Shown: piece after piece, positions 50,787-61,499 of the stretch
How the letters are laid out: each line of letters opens with the position of its first letter
Position numbering within the stretch: position 1 is the first letter of the stretch
Source of the DNA: Candidatus Oxydemutator sp.
GTDB taxonomy: Bacteria; Pseudomonadota; Gammaproteobacteria; Poriferisulfidales; Oxydemutatoraceae
Length of the DNA stretch: 64,000 bases
Reading direction: 5' to 3'
NCBI GenBank assembly: GCA_965203445.1
Contig: OZ241883.1
Coordinates: 2,080,001-2,144,000 of the forward strand
Notes under the pieces: generated by a model
The model's database searches: none
What the model saw: the letters and a program-made list of their open reading frames with translations, nothing else
Told to the model about the DNA's origin: nothing
Position numbers and translations under genes: made by a program

Positions 50787-51635
50787 TCAATCATAAAACT
50801 CGCCGCGCCGCCTGAAAATATACACGTGATACGCGAACCAGTCGCGCAGGTGCCACCAAGTGGCGCGCCAAAGCGCCGCCACCTGCCTGGCCTTGCGATG
50901 GAGAAACGGCGCCTTGGCACGGCCGCGTCTCGAATACACCATGGTCGTCGTTTCACCCGAGGGTACCGCCAGCGATTCCGAGACGACGTAACTGGCAAGA
51001 TCCAAACGCCAGAAATAAGCCCACAAAACGTCCAACGGCGCGCAGATCGGCTGGGCGCGGTCGAGAAACTTCCTCATACCGGTGCGGCTCATCGTATAAG
51101 CCACGGTCTCGTACAACCTGCCGCGCAAGCGAATAATCCGTCGCCCGTCGCGCAAATGGTGCGCGACGCGCCCTACCGGACCGAGCGGAATACAACCCGG
51201 AACGGCGCGCCGCTGCGGCGGACAATACAGACGCACCAGTTCAAACGAGGCCGGCAACGCCGCCAGTTCATCCAACGCCGCCTGCAAACCGGGCAACGGA
51301 CGGGCGTCGTCCTCGAACACCAGCACGCGCTCCAGACCCTCCTCGTAGGCGCGGCGCAACAGGCGGTAATGCGACAGGTAGCAGCCAGCCTGCGCCGGCC
51401 CGACAAAAACGCACGGGCGGCTTCCGCTATGCACAAAATCAACCGACTCGCCGTCCTCAAACGCGATCTTCCCGGTGCCGTCCACCGCCTCGACCACCTC
51501 GAGACGTATGCCGACGGCGGCGAACGCGGCGACGGTTTTGCGACGGCGCTCGGGACAACGCGCCAGACTGACGACAAATGCCCGCAGGTCTTCTCTCCTC
51601 TCCTCGACGTCGGTTCGCTCGGGGCCGCTAATCAC
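50787..51635 (-). CDS. Glycosyltransferase family 25, copy 1
   Basis: Same motifs; close paralog of 49886-50671. Confidence 0.85.
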   Translation of the reverse strand: MISGPERTDVEERREDLRAFVVSLARCPERRRKTVAAFAAVGIRLEVVEAVDGTGKIAFEDGESVDFVHSGSRPCVFVGPAQAGCYLSHYRLLRRAYEEGLERVLVFEDDARPLPGLQAALDELAALPASFELVRLYCPPQRRAVPGCIPLGPVGRVAHHLRDGRRIIRLRGRLYETVAYTMSRTGMRKFLDRAQPICAPLDVLWAYFWRLDLASYVVSESLAVPSGETTTMVYSRRGRAKAPFLHRKARQVAALWRATWWHLRDWFAYHVYIFRRRGEFYD

Positions 51636-52936
51636 AAGCCGTCACTCCCCATACCAGGCGCAGCCTGCCGGCGGCGTGCACCAGCGGCACGTGGCCGCGC
51701 TGCCACGGCGGCACGCCGTGCGCCTGGAAAATTTTCCCCAGATCCTGGTGGAAGCAGCGCCCGCGGCCGCGACGCCGGCAGCGTTCGCCGCCGCGGCGGA
51801 AACACACGCGCAAATCGCCGGCGTCGGCAAGCGCCGGCGCCTGGCGCAGCAGCTCGCGCCAGCGCAACGTGCGCTGCAACTTCGGCAATTCCAGATCGCT
51901 GCCCGGGGGCCACGCCGTCTCCGCCGGCAACGCGTCCGATGCGACCGCGCGCGCACGCGCGTAGAGCTTGCCTCGATAACAGCCGATCTCCAAACCGGGC
52001 CACAAGATGACGCTGCCGCTGCGCGCTTGCGAGGCGATCAACGCGGCGCGCAAATACTCCAGGCGGCGCTCGCTGGGAGGGCGCAGGCCGTGCGTTTGCA
52101 ACCAGCGCCGCAGCACCAGTCTCTGCCGCGCCTCGGACAGCGCGGCGCACGCCCCCGTGAGCAACGCGCTCTCGCCCGGCAACGTGCAACGTGCAAGCAG
52201 GCGTTCGGCCTCGGCGTCCGACAACGCGCGCGCCTCGGCTTGATGGCGCGCGCCGCGCGCGACCGTCGTCTCCCACTTCGGCCAGCGCGCCCGCAGCAAC
52301 GGCGCGACGCGGCGGCGAAGGTAATTGCGATCGTAGCGAACGTCGTCGTTGCTCGGGTCCTCGATCCAACGCAAGGCGTGACGCAGCGCGTAGCCGCGGA
52401 TCTCGGCGCGCGTGCACGACAGCATCGGGCGCGCCAGCCAGCCGCCGCCGAAAGGCGCACATTCCGGCATCGCCGCCAAGCCCGCGGGCCCGGCACCGCG
52501 CAGCATCTGAAGCAATACGGTCTCGGCCTGGTCGTCGCGGTGGTGCGCGGTCAAAAGCAGCGTGCCGGAATCAACGTGGCGCCGCAACGCGGCGTAGCGC
52601 GCGCGCCGCGCCGCGTCCTCGGGGCTTGCGCCGCGCGTCGGCGCGGCCGCGCGCACCGCGATCGCGCCGACGCCCATGCTACGCGCCCGTTCGAGACAAT
52701 GCCGCTGCCACGCGTCGGCCTCGTCGCAAAGCCCGTGGTGAACGTGCACCGCGAGCAGTCGCGGCGCCGCGCGCGCGCCGGCGGGCGGATAGAGACGCCA
52801 CAGCAAATGCAGCAACACGCTCGAATCGCAGCCGCCGCTGTACGCGAGCACGACGCGCGCCGGATGCAGGCGCGCGTGCAGACCGGAAACGTTTGCGCAG
52901 ACGCGGCGTCGTAAGTCGCACGCGGACGAATCGGCG

Positions 52937-52959
<23 letters not shown>
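51628..52959 (-). CDS. tilS: tRNA(Ile)-lysidine synthetase
   Basis: [29 protein letters not shown]...RN; start uncertain. Confidence 0.92.
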
Positions 52960-53896
<937 letters not shown>

Positions 53897-53923
53897 CAAA
53901 GATAGGGAATTATATACCTAAAT

Positions 53924-55204
53924 CTACAGAGTAACCTGTAGATTAGAAGTATCCATTTGACGTTTCACAGGCAGTGCCGTGTCGGATGTATCTTTCGATA
54001 AATCCTTCATGGTCTTACCATTGCCTCCGCGTCCAGTAGCCCCATTCCCGGAGGCCTTCAAACTCAGTACAGATTCTCCCAGCTTCTTGATATTCAAGGC
54101 AGCGTTCCAATCCGCATTATCCCGATGACCGCAATCCGTACATACAAATACCGATTGCGATACTCTGTTCCTCTTGTCTATGCAACCGCACACATTGCAA
54201 GCTTGGCTAGTGTGCTTCGCACATACATAATTTACTTGGGTCTTGTATCCTATACATTGCTCTAACTTATGCCATCTTGTATTCAGTATCCCTCTATTCA
54301 ATCCTGACTTGGCCTTTACACTCTTGCCGGGGGCGGCAGCCGTGCCTTTGGCACTCCTGGTCATACCCTTGGTGTTTAAATCTTCCATATATATTACAGA
54401 ATAATTCCTTGCGATTTCTGCACTTACATGATGGCACCAATTAGTATGCCTCTGTTTTATCTTCCTGCATACCCTCGCATGGGAATGCCGGGCAAGCTCA
54501 TAACGCTTAGAGGGTCTCTTCCTGTATTTCCTACTTCCGCAATCCCTTCTTGCCATTGTCTTTTGATAGTGGCGCTTTTGCGCCTCTAATCGAGTAGTAT
54601 CGGGAACCCGATACACAATACCGTCGGAACATGTTATCTGACCTACATTCCTGTCTATACCTACCGCATTGTATTCACGTTCCACTTCCTTTTGTTCCAC
54701 TGCATAAACCACATATGCATACCAGTTCCCGCATTCCCTTTTGACCGTGCCCGATACGGGCTTTGCATCCGGATACGGATTATGACCTAGCACTAGAAAC
54801 TCACCCGTCTTCTCTATATACAGATGACGACCCCTTATCCGAAACAAACCCGATACCAGGGGAAAACTCTCAGGATGTACATACCTCGCATGAAACCTAG
54901 GCAGCCCGCCCTCTTTCTTGTAAAACTTCTTGTACGCCGTCTCTATAGGCTTCAAAGATAATTTTACTATATTAGCTGAGTATTCCTGCAACCAGGGTTC
55001 GCAGTGGCGACGTAGCAAAGTGAATTGCTTGCCAAGTGTGTAGTACCACGGCTTGCACCTTCCATACGCCTTATATTCATCCCTCAACTTACCCACAAAA
55101 TGGTTCCACACAAACCGACAAGCACCTGCCAATCCCGCTAACTTGCGGGCTTTGGCTTGCGTGCCGGGATGCACTCTATAACGGATTGTTCGATGTACCT
55201 TCAT
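53924..55204 (-). CDS. tnpB: TnpB RNA-guided endonuclease
   Basis: N-terminal GACRFVWN, RuvC D (GIDRNV), E (MEDLN), D (ADWNAALNI), Zn finger CNVC...CTDC, TSQ. Confidence 0.93.
   Translation of the reverse strand: MKVHRTIRYRVHPGTQAKARKLAGLAGACRFVWNHFVGKLRDEYKAYGRCKPWYYTLGKQFTLLRRHCEPWLQEYSANIVKLSLKPIETAYKKFYKKEGGLPRFHARYVHPESFPLVSGLFRIRGRHLYIEKTGEFLVLGHNPYPDAKPVSGTVKRECGNWYAYVVYAVEQKEVEREYNAVGIDRNVGQITCSDGIVYRVPDTTRLEAQKRHYQKTMARRDCGSRKYRKRPSKRYELARHSHARVCRKIKQRHTNWCHHVSAEIARNYSVIYMEDLNTKGMTRSAKGTAAAPGKSVKAKSGLNRGILNTRWHKLEQCIGYKTQVNYVCAKHTSQACNVCGCIDKRNRVSQSVFVCTDCGHRDNADWNAALNIKKLGESVLSLKASGNGATGRGGNGKTMKDLSKDTSDTALPVKRQMDTSNLQVTL
53937..54060 (-). ncRNA. Putative omega-RNA overlapping the tnpB 3' end
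   Basis: GCCTCCG/CGGAGGC stem, GAAA-tetraloop hairpin, GACG/CGTC pseudoknot potential ending CGTCAA; boundaries inferred. Confidence 0.55.
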
Positions 55205-55408
55205 CACCAACCATCATATCATATTCTTGTTCAAAATCAAGTACTTCATCACTATTCTGTAGATTTAGGTATATAATTCCCCAAAGATACTCGTCGGACG
55301 GAAACGCCAGCCGAATGATTTTAGCACGAGGCGCCGTGTCTTCCCGGACGAGTGACGCCGAACGCGCCGGGCGCGGTAAGCGTCAATGCGTATATAATCG
55401 CCTTTTCC

Positions 55409-56566
55409 ATGCCGCCACGCCTGCCGACGCCCGACCATGCCCTCGACCACGCGATGACCGGCCGGCCACCCGCGTCCGCGGCCCGTCGTCTCGACGAACG
55501 CTACCGCCGTCATCTGGCGAAACACCGCCATCAATCCGACCCGGAGCAGCTCAAAGTTGTGAACCATCTGCAGCGACTGCTGGACGAGCTTGCCGCCACC
55601 GACGGCGGCGTCTGGCGACGATGGCGCGCGCGCGTCGCCGGACGCCGCGCGACCCCGCCCAGGGGGCTCTATCTGTGGGGCGGCGTCGGCGGCGGCAAGA
55701 CTTTCCTGATGGATCTGTTTTTCGACGCATTGCCCGAGGCGCGCAAGCAGCGCACCCACTTCTACCGCTTCATGCGCCAGGTACACGCGCTGCTGCGGGG
55801 CGAACACGGACGCGATCCGCTGGAGGCCGTGGCGGCGCGCCTCGCGCGGCGCGCGCGGGTGTTGTGCATAGACGAGTTCTTCGTGTCCGACATCACCGAC
55901 GCGATGATCCTGCACCATCTGCTGCGCGCGTTGTTTGCCAGGGGCATGGTGCTGGTGACGACGTCGAACCTCGCGCCACGCGAACTCTACAGGGACGGGC
56001 TACAGCGCGAGCGCTTTGTGCCCGCCATCGAGGCGCTCGAAAGACACACCCGCGTCGTGCGCCTCGAGGCACGCGCCGACTACCGCCTGCGCACGCTTAA
56101 GGCCGGCCAGGTTTATCACCACCCGTGCGGCGACGCCGCCGAAAGCGCGCTTGGGCGCGCCTACGCGGCGATCGCCGCCGACGGCCACGACGGCCGCGGT
56201 CGTATCGAGATCAACGGCCGCGACCTGGCCGTCGTCCGCCGCTCGCACGGCGTCGTCTGGTTTGCGTTCGGCGCCGTCTGCGAAGGCCCGCGCGCACCCG
56301 CCGACTACATCGCAATCGCACACCTGTACCACAGCGTGCTGATTTCCGGCGTGCCGTCGTTCGTCCGGCGCGACGACGCGGCGCGGCGCTTCATCCAGCT
56401 GGTGGACGAACTGTATGACCGCAACGTCAAACTGATCGTATCGGCGGCGGCGGCGCCCGACGAGCTGTATCGCGCCGGGCGTCTCGCCCGCGAGTTCGAG
56501 CGCACCGCGAGCCGCCTGATCGAAATGCAGAGCCGGCGCTATCTGGCGCGGGCGCACCGCGGCTGA
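55409..56566 (+). CDS. zapE: Cell division ATPase ZapE (AFG1 family)
   Basis: GLYLWGGVGGGKT, DEFFVSDITDAM, TSN, RRFIQLVDELYD, RTASRLIEM. Confidence 0.92.
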   Translation: MPPRLPTPDHALDHAMTGRPPASAARRLDERYRRHLAKHRHQSDPEQLKVVNHLQRLLDELAATDGGVWRRWRARVAGRRATPPRGLYLWGGVGGGKTFLMDLFFDALPEARKQRTHFYRFMRQVHALLRGEHGRDPLEAVAARLARRARVLCIDEFFVSDITDAMILHHLLRALFARGMVLVTTSNLAPRELYRDGLQRERFVPAIEALERHTRVVRLEARADYRLRTLKAGQVYHHPCGDAAESALGRAYAAIAADGHDGRGRIEINGRDLAVVRRSHGVVWFAFGAVCEGPRAPADYIAIAHLYHSVLISGVPSFVRRDDAARRFIQLVDELYDRNVKLIVSAAAAPDELYRAGRLAREFERTASRLIEMQSRRYLARAHRG

Positions 56567-56574
56567 GCGCGGCC

Positions 56575-57459
56575 ATGGACGCGCTATTTGAATCCGCCGT
56601 CGAGTCGCTGCCGTTGCACCGCAGGGGCAAGGTGCGCGACGTCTATGCACTGGACGAACGCCACGTGCTGATCATAGCCACCGACCGCCTGTCGGCGTTC
56701 GACGTCGTGCTTCCGGACGCGATTCCGGGCAAGGGGCGCGTGCTCACCGCGCTCAGCAACTTCTGGTTCGAGCGCACGCGGGGCCTGGTCGCGAACCACG
56801 CCACCGACCTCGATCCGCGCCAAGCCGCGCCCGAGCTGCGCGCGAACGAGGGACTGTGCTCGCGCAGCACGATTGCGCGCAAGGCGCATCCGCTGCCCAT
56901 CGAGGCCGTCGTACGCGGCTATCTGCTGGGTTCCGGTTGGCGCGATTATCGCAAGACCGGGCGCGTCGGCGGCGTCGTGCTGCCCGCCGGCCTGCCGCCG
57001 GCGGCGCGCCTGCCGCAACCGCTGTTCACACCGTCGACCAAGGCGCCCGCGGGCAGCCACGACGTCAATATCTCGTTCGGCGAGGCCGCGGCCATGGTCG
57101 GGCGCGACGTCGCCCGGCGCGTGCGCGACGCGGCGCTCGCGGTGTACCGCGACTGCGCCGCCTACGCGCTCACGCGCGGCATCATCATCGCCGATACCAA
57201 ACTCGAGTTCGGCTTCGACGACGACGGGCGCCTGTTGATGATAGACGAGGCGCTGACGCCGGACTCGTCGCGCTTCTGGGAAAAAAGCCGCTATCGCGCG
57301 GGAGAAAACCCGCCCAACTTCGACAAGCAATTCGTGCGCGATTACCTGGAACGCACGGGCTGGGACAAAACCGCGCCGGCGCCGCGCCTGCCCGCCGAGA
57401 TCATCCGCAAAACCGCGCACAGGTATCAGTGCGCGCGCGACTTGCTCATCGGGACGTGA
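56575..57459 (+). CDS. purC: SAICAR synthetase
   Basis: GKVRDVY, TDRLSAFD, ADTKLEFG, TPDSSRFW, DKQFVRD. Confidence 0.96.
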   Translation: MDALFESAVESLPLHRRGKVRDVYALDERHVLIIATDRLSAFDVVLPDAIPGKGRVLTALSNFWFERTRGLVANHATDLDPRQAAPELRANEGLCSRSTIARKAHPLPIEAVVRGYLLGSGWRDYRKTGRVGGVVLPAGLPPAARLPQPLFTPSTKAPAGSHDVNISFGEAAAMVGRDVARRVRDAALAVYRDCAAYALTRGIIIADTKLEFGFDDDGRLLMIDEALTPDSSRFWEKSRYRAGENPPNFDKQFVRDYLERTGWDKTAPAPRLPAEIIRKTAHRYQCARDLLIGT

Positions 57460-58166
57460 CGGCGCGAGGCGGCCCGGGCGTCTTCGTCACCGGCACCGAC
57501 ACCGGCGTCGGCAAGACCGCGGTAGCCTGCGCCCTGATACGCGCGCTCGAGGCCGGTGGCGTGCGCGTCGCGCCGCGCAAGCCGGTCGAGAGCGGCTGCC
57601 CGACGCGCGCCGGCGCACCGGCGCCGATGGACGCCGCGCGGCTGGCGCGCGCGTGCGCACACGCGCCGCCCATGGAAATCGTCTGCCGCCACCGCTTCGG
57701 CGACGCCGTGTCGCCGGCGCGCGCGGCGCGGCTGGCGGGCGCCGGGTTGCGCATCGGCGACCTGGTCGCGGCCTGCGCGTGCGACGACGGCGACGTCGCC
57801 GTCGTCGAGGGTGCCGGCGGTCTGCTGTCGCCGATTGCGAGCGACGGCGCCAACGCCGATCTGGCGGTCGCGCTCGGCTTTCCGGTGGTCGTCGTCATCG
57901 CCGACAGATTGGGCTGCATCAACCACGCGCTGCTGACACTGGAGGCGCTGGCGGCGAGGAAACTCGCGGTCGCGGCGCTGGTGCTCAACCGCGACACCGC
58001 GGCGGTGCGCGACGACGCCCTAGACAACGAGAGCGAACTCGCGGCGCTGACGCGCGCGCCGATCGTCGAGATCGCGGGCGACTGGAACCGCGGCACGGAT
58101 GCCGCGCGTGACGACGCCGGCGTCATCCGCTTGGCGGAACGGGTCAGACGAACGCTTCGGGTGTGA
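57456..58166 (+). CDS. bioD: Dethiobiotin synthetase
   Basis: FVTGTDTGVGKT, KPVESG, VEGAGG, LGCINH. Confidence 0.93.
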   Translation: MTARGGPGVFVTGTDTGVGKTAVACALIRALEAGGVRVAPRKPVESGCPTRAGAPAPMDAARLARACAHAPPMEIVCRHRFGDAVSPARAARLAGAGLRIGDLVAACACDDGDVAVVEGAGGLLSPIASDGANADLAVALGFPVVVVIADRLGCINHALLTLEALAARKLAVAALVLNRDTAAVRDDALDNESELAALTRAPIVEIAGDWNRGTDAARDDAGVIRLAERVRRTLRV

Positions 58167-58175
58167 CGCGGGCCG

Positions 58176-58928
58176 TCAGCCTTGGTCGTGCGATTCGCAC
58201 AGGCGCGCGGCGCCCTCCGGCATGTTGTCGGGGCACTGGCCGCAGCGCTCGTTGCCCGGCACCGAAAATTCCATCTTCTTCGGGTACGGAAAATCGAACC
58301 CGTCCATCATGCGTATGAACTGCTCGCGGGTGACGCCGGTGCGCAAACGCGGATTGCGCCGTTTTTCCTGGCCGACCGTGGTCAGCGCGCGCCCATCGTA
58401 GTCGTGCGCCGGATACACCAGCGTGTCATCCGGCAGCGTGTAGAACTTGGCATGGACGGTGTCGTAGAGCACGCCCGAATCCCCCTGTTGGAAATCGGTG
58501 CGTCCGCAGGCCTCGATCAACAGCGCGTCGCCGGAAAACAGCATCTTCTGGGTACCGTTGTCGATCAGGTAGGCGTGGTGGGCGTCGGTGTGTCCCGGCG
58601 TGTGCAGCGGATGCAACTCGATGCCGCCGACGCGAAAAACCTCGCCTTCGGCGAGCCCGAGGTCGCGGCACGGCAGTTCGTCCATCGCCGGGCCGGCGAT
58701 TTTGCAGTCGGTCAGCGAGCGCAGTTTGAAGCCGCCGCTCACGTGGTCGGCGTGTATATGCGTCTCTATCGTATGCGTAAGCCTGAGGCCCAGCTCCTGC
58801 AACACGTCGAGGTCGCGGTCGAAAGTCTCGATGACCGGGTCGATCAGCGCCGTTTGCCCGGTGTCGGGGCAACCCAACAGGTACGTGTAGGTGCTGGACG
58901 AAGGTTCGAATAGTTGTCTGAATATCAC
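58176..58928 (-). CDS. Persulfide dioxygenase (ETHE1-like MBL fold)
   Basis: SSTYTYLL, THIHADH, TPGHT, CGRTDFQ, PAHDY, NPRL. Confidence 0.88.
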   Translation of the reverse strand: MIFRQLFEPSSSTYTYLLGCPDTGQTALIDPVIETFDRDLDVLQELGLRLTHTIETHIHADHVSGGFKLRSLTDCKIAGPAMDELPCRDLGLAEGEVFRVGGIELHPLHTPGHTDAHHAYLIDNGTQKMLFSGDALLIEACGRTDFQQGDSGVLYDTVHAKFYTLPDDTLVYPAHDYDGRALTTVGQEKRRNPRLRTGVTREQFIRMMDGFDFPYPKKMEFSVPGNERCGQCPDNMPEGAARLCESHDQG

Positions 58929-58983
58929 GTCGGTTCACGCGCGCCGACCCTCGGCGCGGTCAGGCGGTATAATTATAGCAAGC

Positions 58984-59220
58984 ATGGAGACGACGCAAAT
59001 CAAGGAGCTCATCGAGAGCGGGCTGCCCGGCGCGCGCGTGGCGGTCAGCGGCGGCGACGGCAAGTACGAGACCACCGTCGTCAGCGAGCGCTTCAGCGAC
59101 ATGCCGGCGGTCAAGCGACACCAGGCCGTCTATGCGACGGTCGCCGAGCACATCGCAAGCGGCGCGCTGCATGCGCTGACGATACGCACTTATACGCCGG
59201 ACGAGGCGCCTTCGGAATAA
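58984..59220 (+). CDS. BolA/IbaG family protein
   Basis: VVSERF...VKRHQAVY...LHALTIRTYTP. Confidence 0.9.
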   Translation: METTQIKELIESGLPGARVAVSGGDGKYETTVVSERFSDMPAVKRHQAVYATVAEHIASGALHALTIRTYTPDEAPSE

Positions 59221-59302
59221 GGCGCGGGCGGCACGATGGCCCCGCATGACCCGGCTGCTCCGACCATCCCGGCCCAGGGAGCGGTCGGCCCGCGCGGGCC
59301 GG

Positions 59303-59929
59303 CTAGGGGTTCGCCAGGGGTCGCGTCGCGCGACCGATCTCGATGGTGCCCAAACCCTGCTGTTTCGAGAAATAAACCGCGAACGCTTCGATGTCGCGCT
59401 CGTCTAGCAAGCCGACCATACCGAGCATGAGCGCGTTGTTGCGCCGCCCTTCGCGGTAGTCCAACAACGCCTGGCGAAGATAATCGCGGTACTGGCCGGC
59501 GAGTCGCGGGTTCTGCGGCAACGGGCTGTTGCCGTCCACGCCGTGACAGCCGACGCACACCTGCATCTTCTGTTCCTGCTCTTGCGACAGCGAGGCCGGG
59601 GCCGGGGCCGGTGGCGGCGCCGGTAGCGCGGCAAAAAATGCGGCGATATCGGCGCTGTCCGACGCATCCAACGTATGCACCTGCGCGCGCATCGTCGGAT
59701 GCGCGCGCTCGCCCGAGCGGTAGGCTTCCAACGCGACGACGATGTATTCGGCGTACTGGCCGGCGAGTTTCGGCACGCGGTAGCTGGGATATACGTTGGT
59801 GTAGCCGGCAATGCCGTGACAGCCCAGACAGGCGCTCGCCTTGTGCCTGCCAGCGTCGGCGTCGGCCGCGGCCGCGGTCGCGCCGGCCGCGGCCCAGACC
59901 AGCACAACGACGAACAAGCGCAGCGTCAT
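59303..59929 (-). CDS. Diheme cytochrome c4/c553
   Basis: Signal peptide, CLGCH and CVGCH, two P.LAGQY motifs. Confidence 0.9.
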   Translation of the reverse strand: MTLRLFVVVLVWAAAGATAAAADADAGRHKASACLGCHGIAGYTNVYPSYRVPKLAGQYAEYIVVALEAYRSGERAHPTMRAQVHTLDASDSADIAAFFAALPAPPPAPAPASLSQEQEQKMQVCVGCHGVDGNSPLPQNPRLAGQYRDYLRQALLDYREGRRNNALMLGMVGLLDERDIEAFAVYFSKQQGLGTIEIGRATRPLANP

Positions 59930-59942
59930 CGGCCGTTCGCGG

Positions 59943-60215
59943 TCATTGCATGGGACGATGCGGCGCTCGCTCACTCCTGGGTCTGGCCTGATTGACCTTT
60001 ATTTTGCGGCCGCGCAAATCGCTGTCGTTCAAGGCTTTGATCGCGGCGTCCGCCTCGGCATTGTCGGGCATCTCGACAAAACCGAAGCCCTTGGATCGCC
60101 CCGTTTGTCTGTCGGTGATCACGACCACCTCCGTGACCTCGCCGAACCCGGAAAAGGTCTCCCTCAGGTCGTCCTCGGTAATGCTGTACGGAAAGTTTCC
60201 GACGTAAAGTTTCAT
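59943..60215 (-). CDS. RRM-domain RNA-binding protein
   Basis: RNP2 LYVGNF, RNP1 KGFGFVEM. Confidence 0.93.
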   Translation of the reverse strand: MKLYVGNFPYSITEDDLRETFSGFGEVTEVVVITDRQTGRSKGFGFVEMPDNAEADAAIKALNDSDLRGRKIKVNQARPRSERAPHRPMQ

Positions 60216-60420
60216 GCTCCTCAACCTTCATGTGCCAGTTATAAACCCAACGACAAGCCAGGCACACAAACGGCTCGATAGGGATCTTCGCCGCCGACCA
60301 GAACGGTGGCGACGCATGAACGATTATTGTACAAAAAACCGCGCTTCGATGTCCAGCGCGCCGTCAACGCTTGCGTAAGTGCCCCGCTTCGCGCAGAATA
60401 CGGCCTTGTCGCAGGCGAAA

Positions 60421-61392
60421 ATGACGCAACCGCTCAAAATTGCGATTACCGGCGCCGCCGGGAACATCGGCTACGCGCTGATTTTCCGCGTCGCGTCCGG
60501 GCAGATGACCGGCGGGCGCCCGGTAATCCTGCACCTGATCGAGATCGAACCGATGCGCAAGGCGCTGGACGCCGTGGCCATGGAGCTGGACGATTGCGCG
60601 TTCCCGGCGCTCGCCGACCTGGTGCTGACGACCGACGTCAACCGAGGCTTCCGCGACGTGGATTTGGCGCTGCTGGTCGGTTCGAGGCCGCGCGGCAAAG
60701 GCATGGAACGCAAAGACCTGCTGCGCGTCAACGGCGAGATCTTCCGCGTGCAGGGCCGCGCTCTCGATGACAACGCGGCGCGCCGCGTGAAAGTGCTCGT
60801 CGTCGGCAATCCGGCGAACACCAACGCGCTAATAGCGGCGGCCAACGCGCCCGGCCTCGACGCGCGGCAATTCACGTGCATGACGCGGCTCGATCACAAC
60901 CGCGGCGTCGCAATGCTCGCGCACAAGCTGGGCTGCGCCCCCGCCGACGTCAAAAAAATGATTATCTGGGGCAATCACTCCTCGACGCAATTCCCCGATC
61001 CGCTGCACTGCGAAGCCGGCGGCCGCGCGGCGGCGCCCGACGCGCAATGGATCGAACAAACGTTCGTGCCCGCGGTGCAGCAGCGCGGTGCGCGCGTGAT
61101 CGAGGCGCGCGGCGCGTCGTCGGCGGCGTCGGCGGCGTCGGCGGTGATAGACCACGTGCACGACTGGATGCACGGCACGCCGCCGGGCGACTGGACCAGC
61201 ATGGGCGTCCCCGCCGACGGTTCCTACGGCGTCGCCCCGGGCGTGATGTTCTCGTACCCGGTGACGACCGAAAACGGCGACTGGCGCATCGTGCCGGAGC
61301 TTGCGCTGAACGACTTCGAGCGCGGCATGATCGCGCTGACCGAACGCGAGCTGCGCGAGGAACGCGCCGCGGTCGGCGATTTGCTCGGCTGA
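60421..61392 (+). CDS. mdh: Malate dehydrogenase (type 2)
   Basis: TGAAGNIGY, VVGNPANTN, TRLDHNR, WGNHS. Confidence 0.96.
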   Translation: MTQPLKIAITGAAGNIGYALIFRVASGQMTGGRPVILHLIEIEPMRKALDAVAMELDDCAFPALADLVLTTDVNRGFRDVDLALLVGSRPRGKGMERKDLLRVNGEIFRVQGRALDDNAARRVKVLVVGNPANTNALIAAANAPGLDARQFTCMTRLDHNRGVAMLAHKLGCAPADVKKMIIWGNHSSTQFPDPLHCEAGGRAAAPDAQWIEQTFVPAVQQRGARVIEARGASSAASAASAVIDHVHDWMHGTPPGDWTSMGVPADGSYGVAPGVMFSYPVTTENGDWRIVPELALNDFERGMIALTERELREERAAVGDLLG

Positions 61393-61499
61393 GCGACGGC
61401 GCCTACCCGCGCCGGGGCGGCGTCCCGCGCAAGCGTCCTTAGAGCGACGCCGCCACGCGGTCATGAAATCGTCCGCGAAAGGGACGGCGAGGACGCCGC

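Larger units (their letters stand above)
53905..55281 (-). mobile_element. Non-autonomous TIR-bounded element carrying tnpB; 26-bp TIRs and 8-bp TSD
   Basis: GGGAATTATATACCTAAATCTACAGA (53905-53930) is perfectly inverted at 55256-55281; CAAAGATA at both 53897-53904 and 55282-55289; AT-rich interior. Confidence 0.92.

Noticed and set aside
53921-53945. TCTAC...GTAGAT hairpin resembling a Cas12a direct repeat
   Set aside because: Single copy with no spacers; it is part of the TIR, so this is not a CRISPR array.
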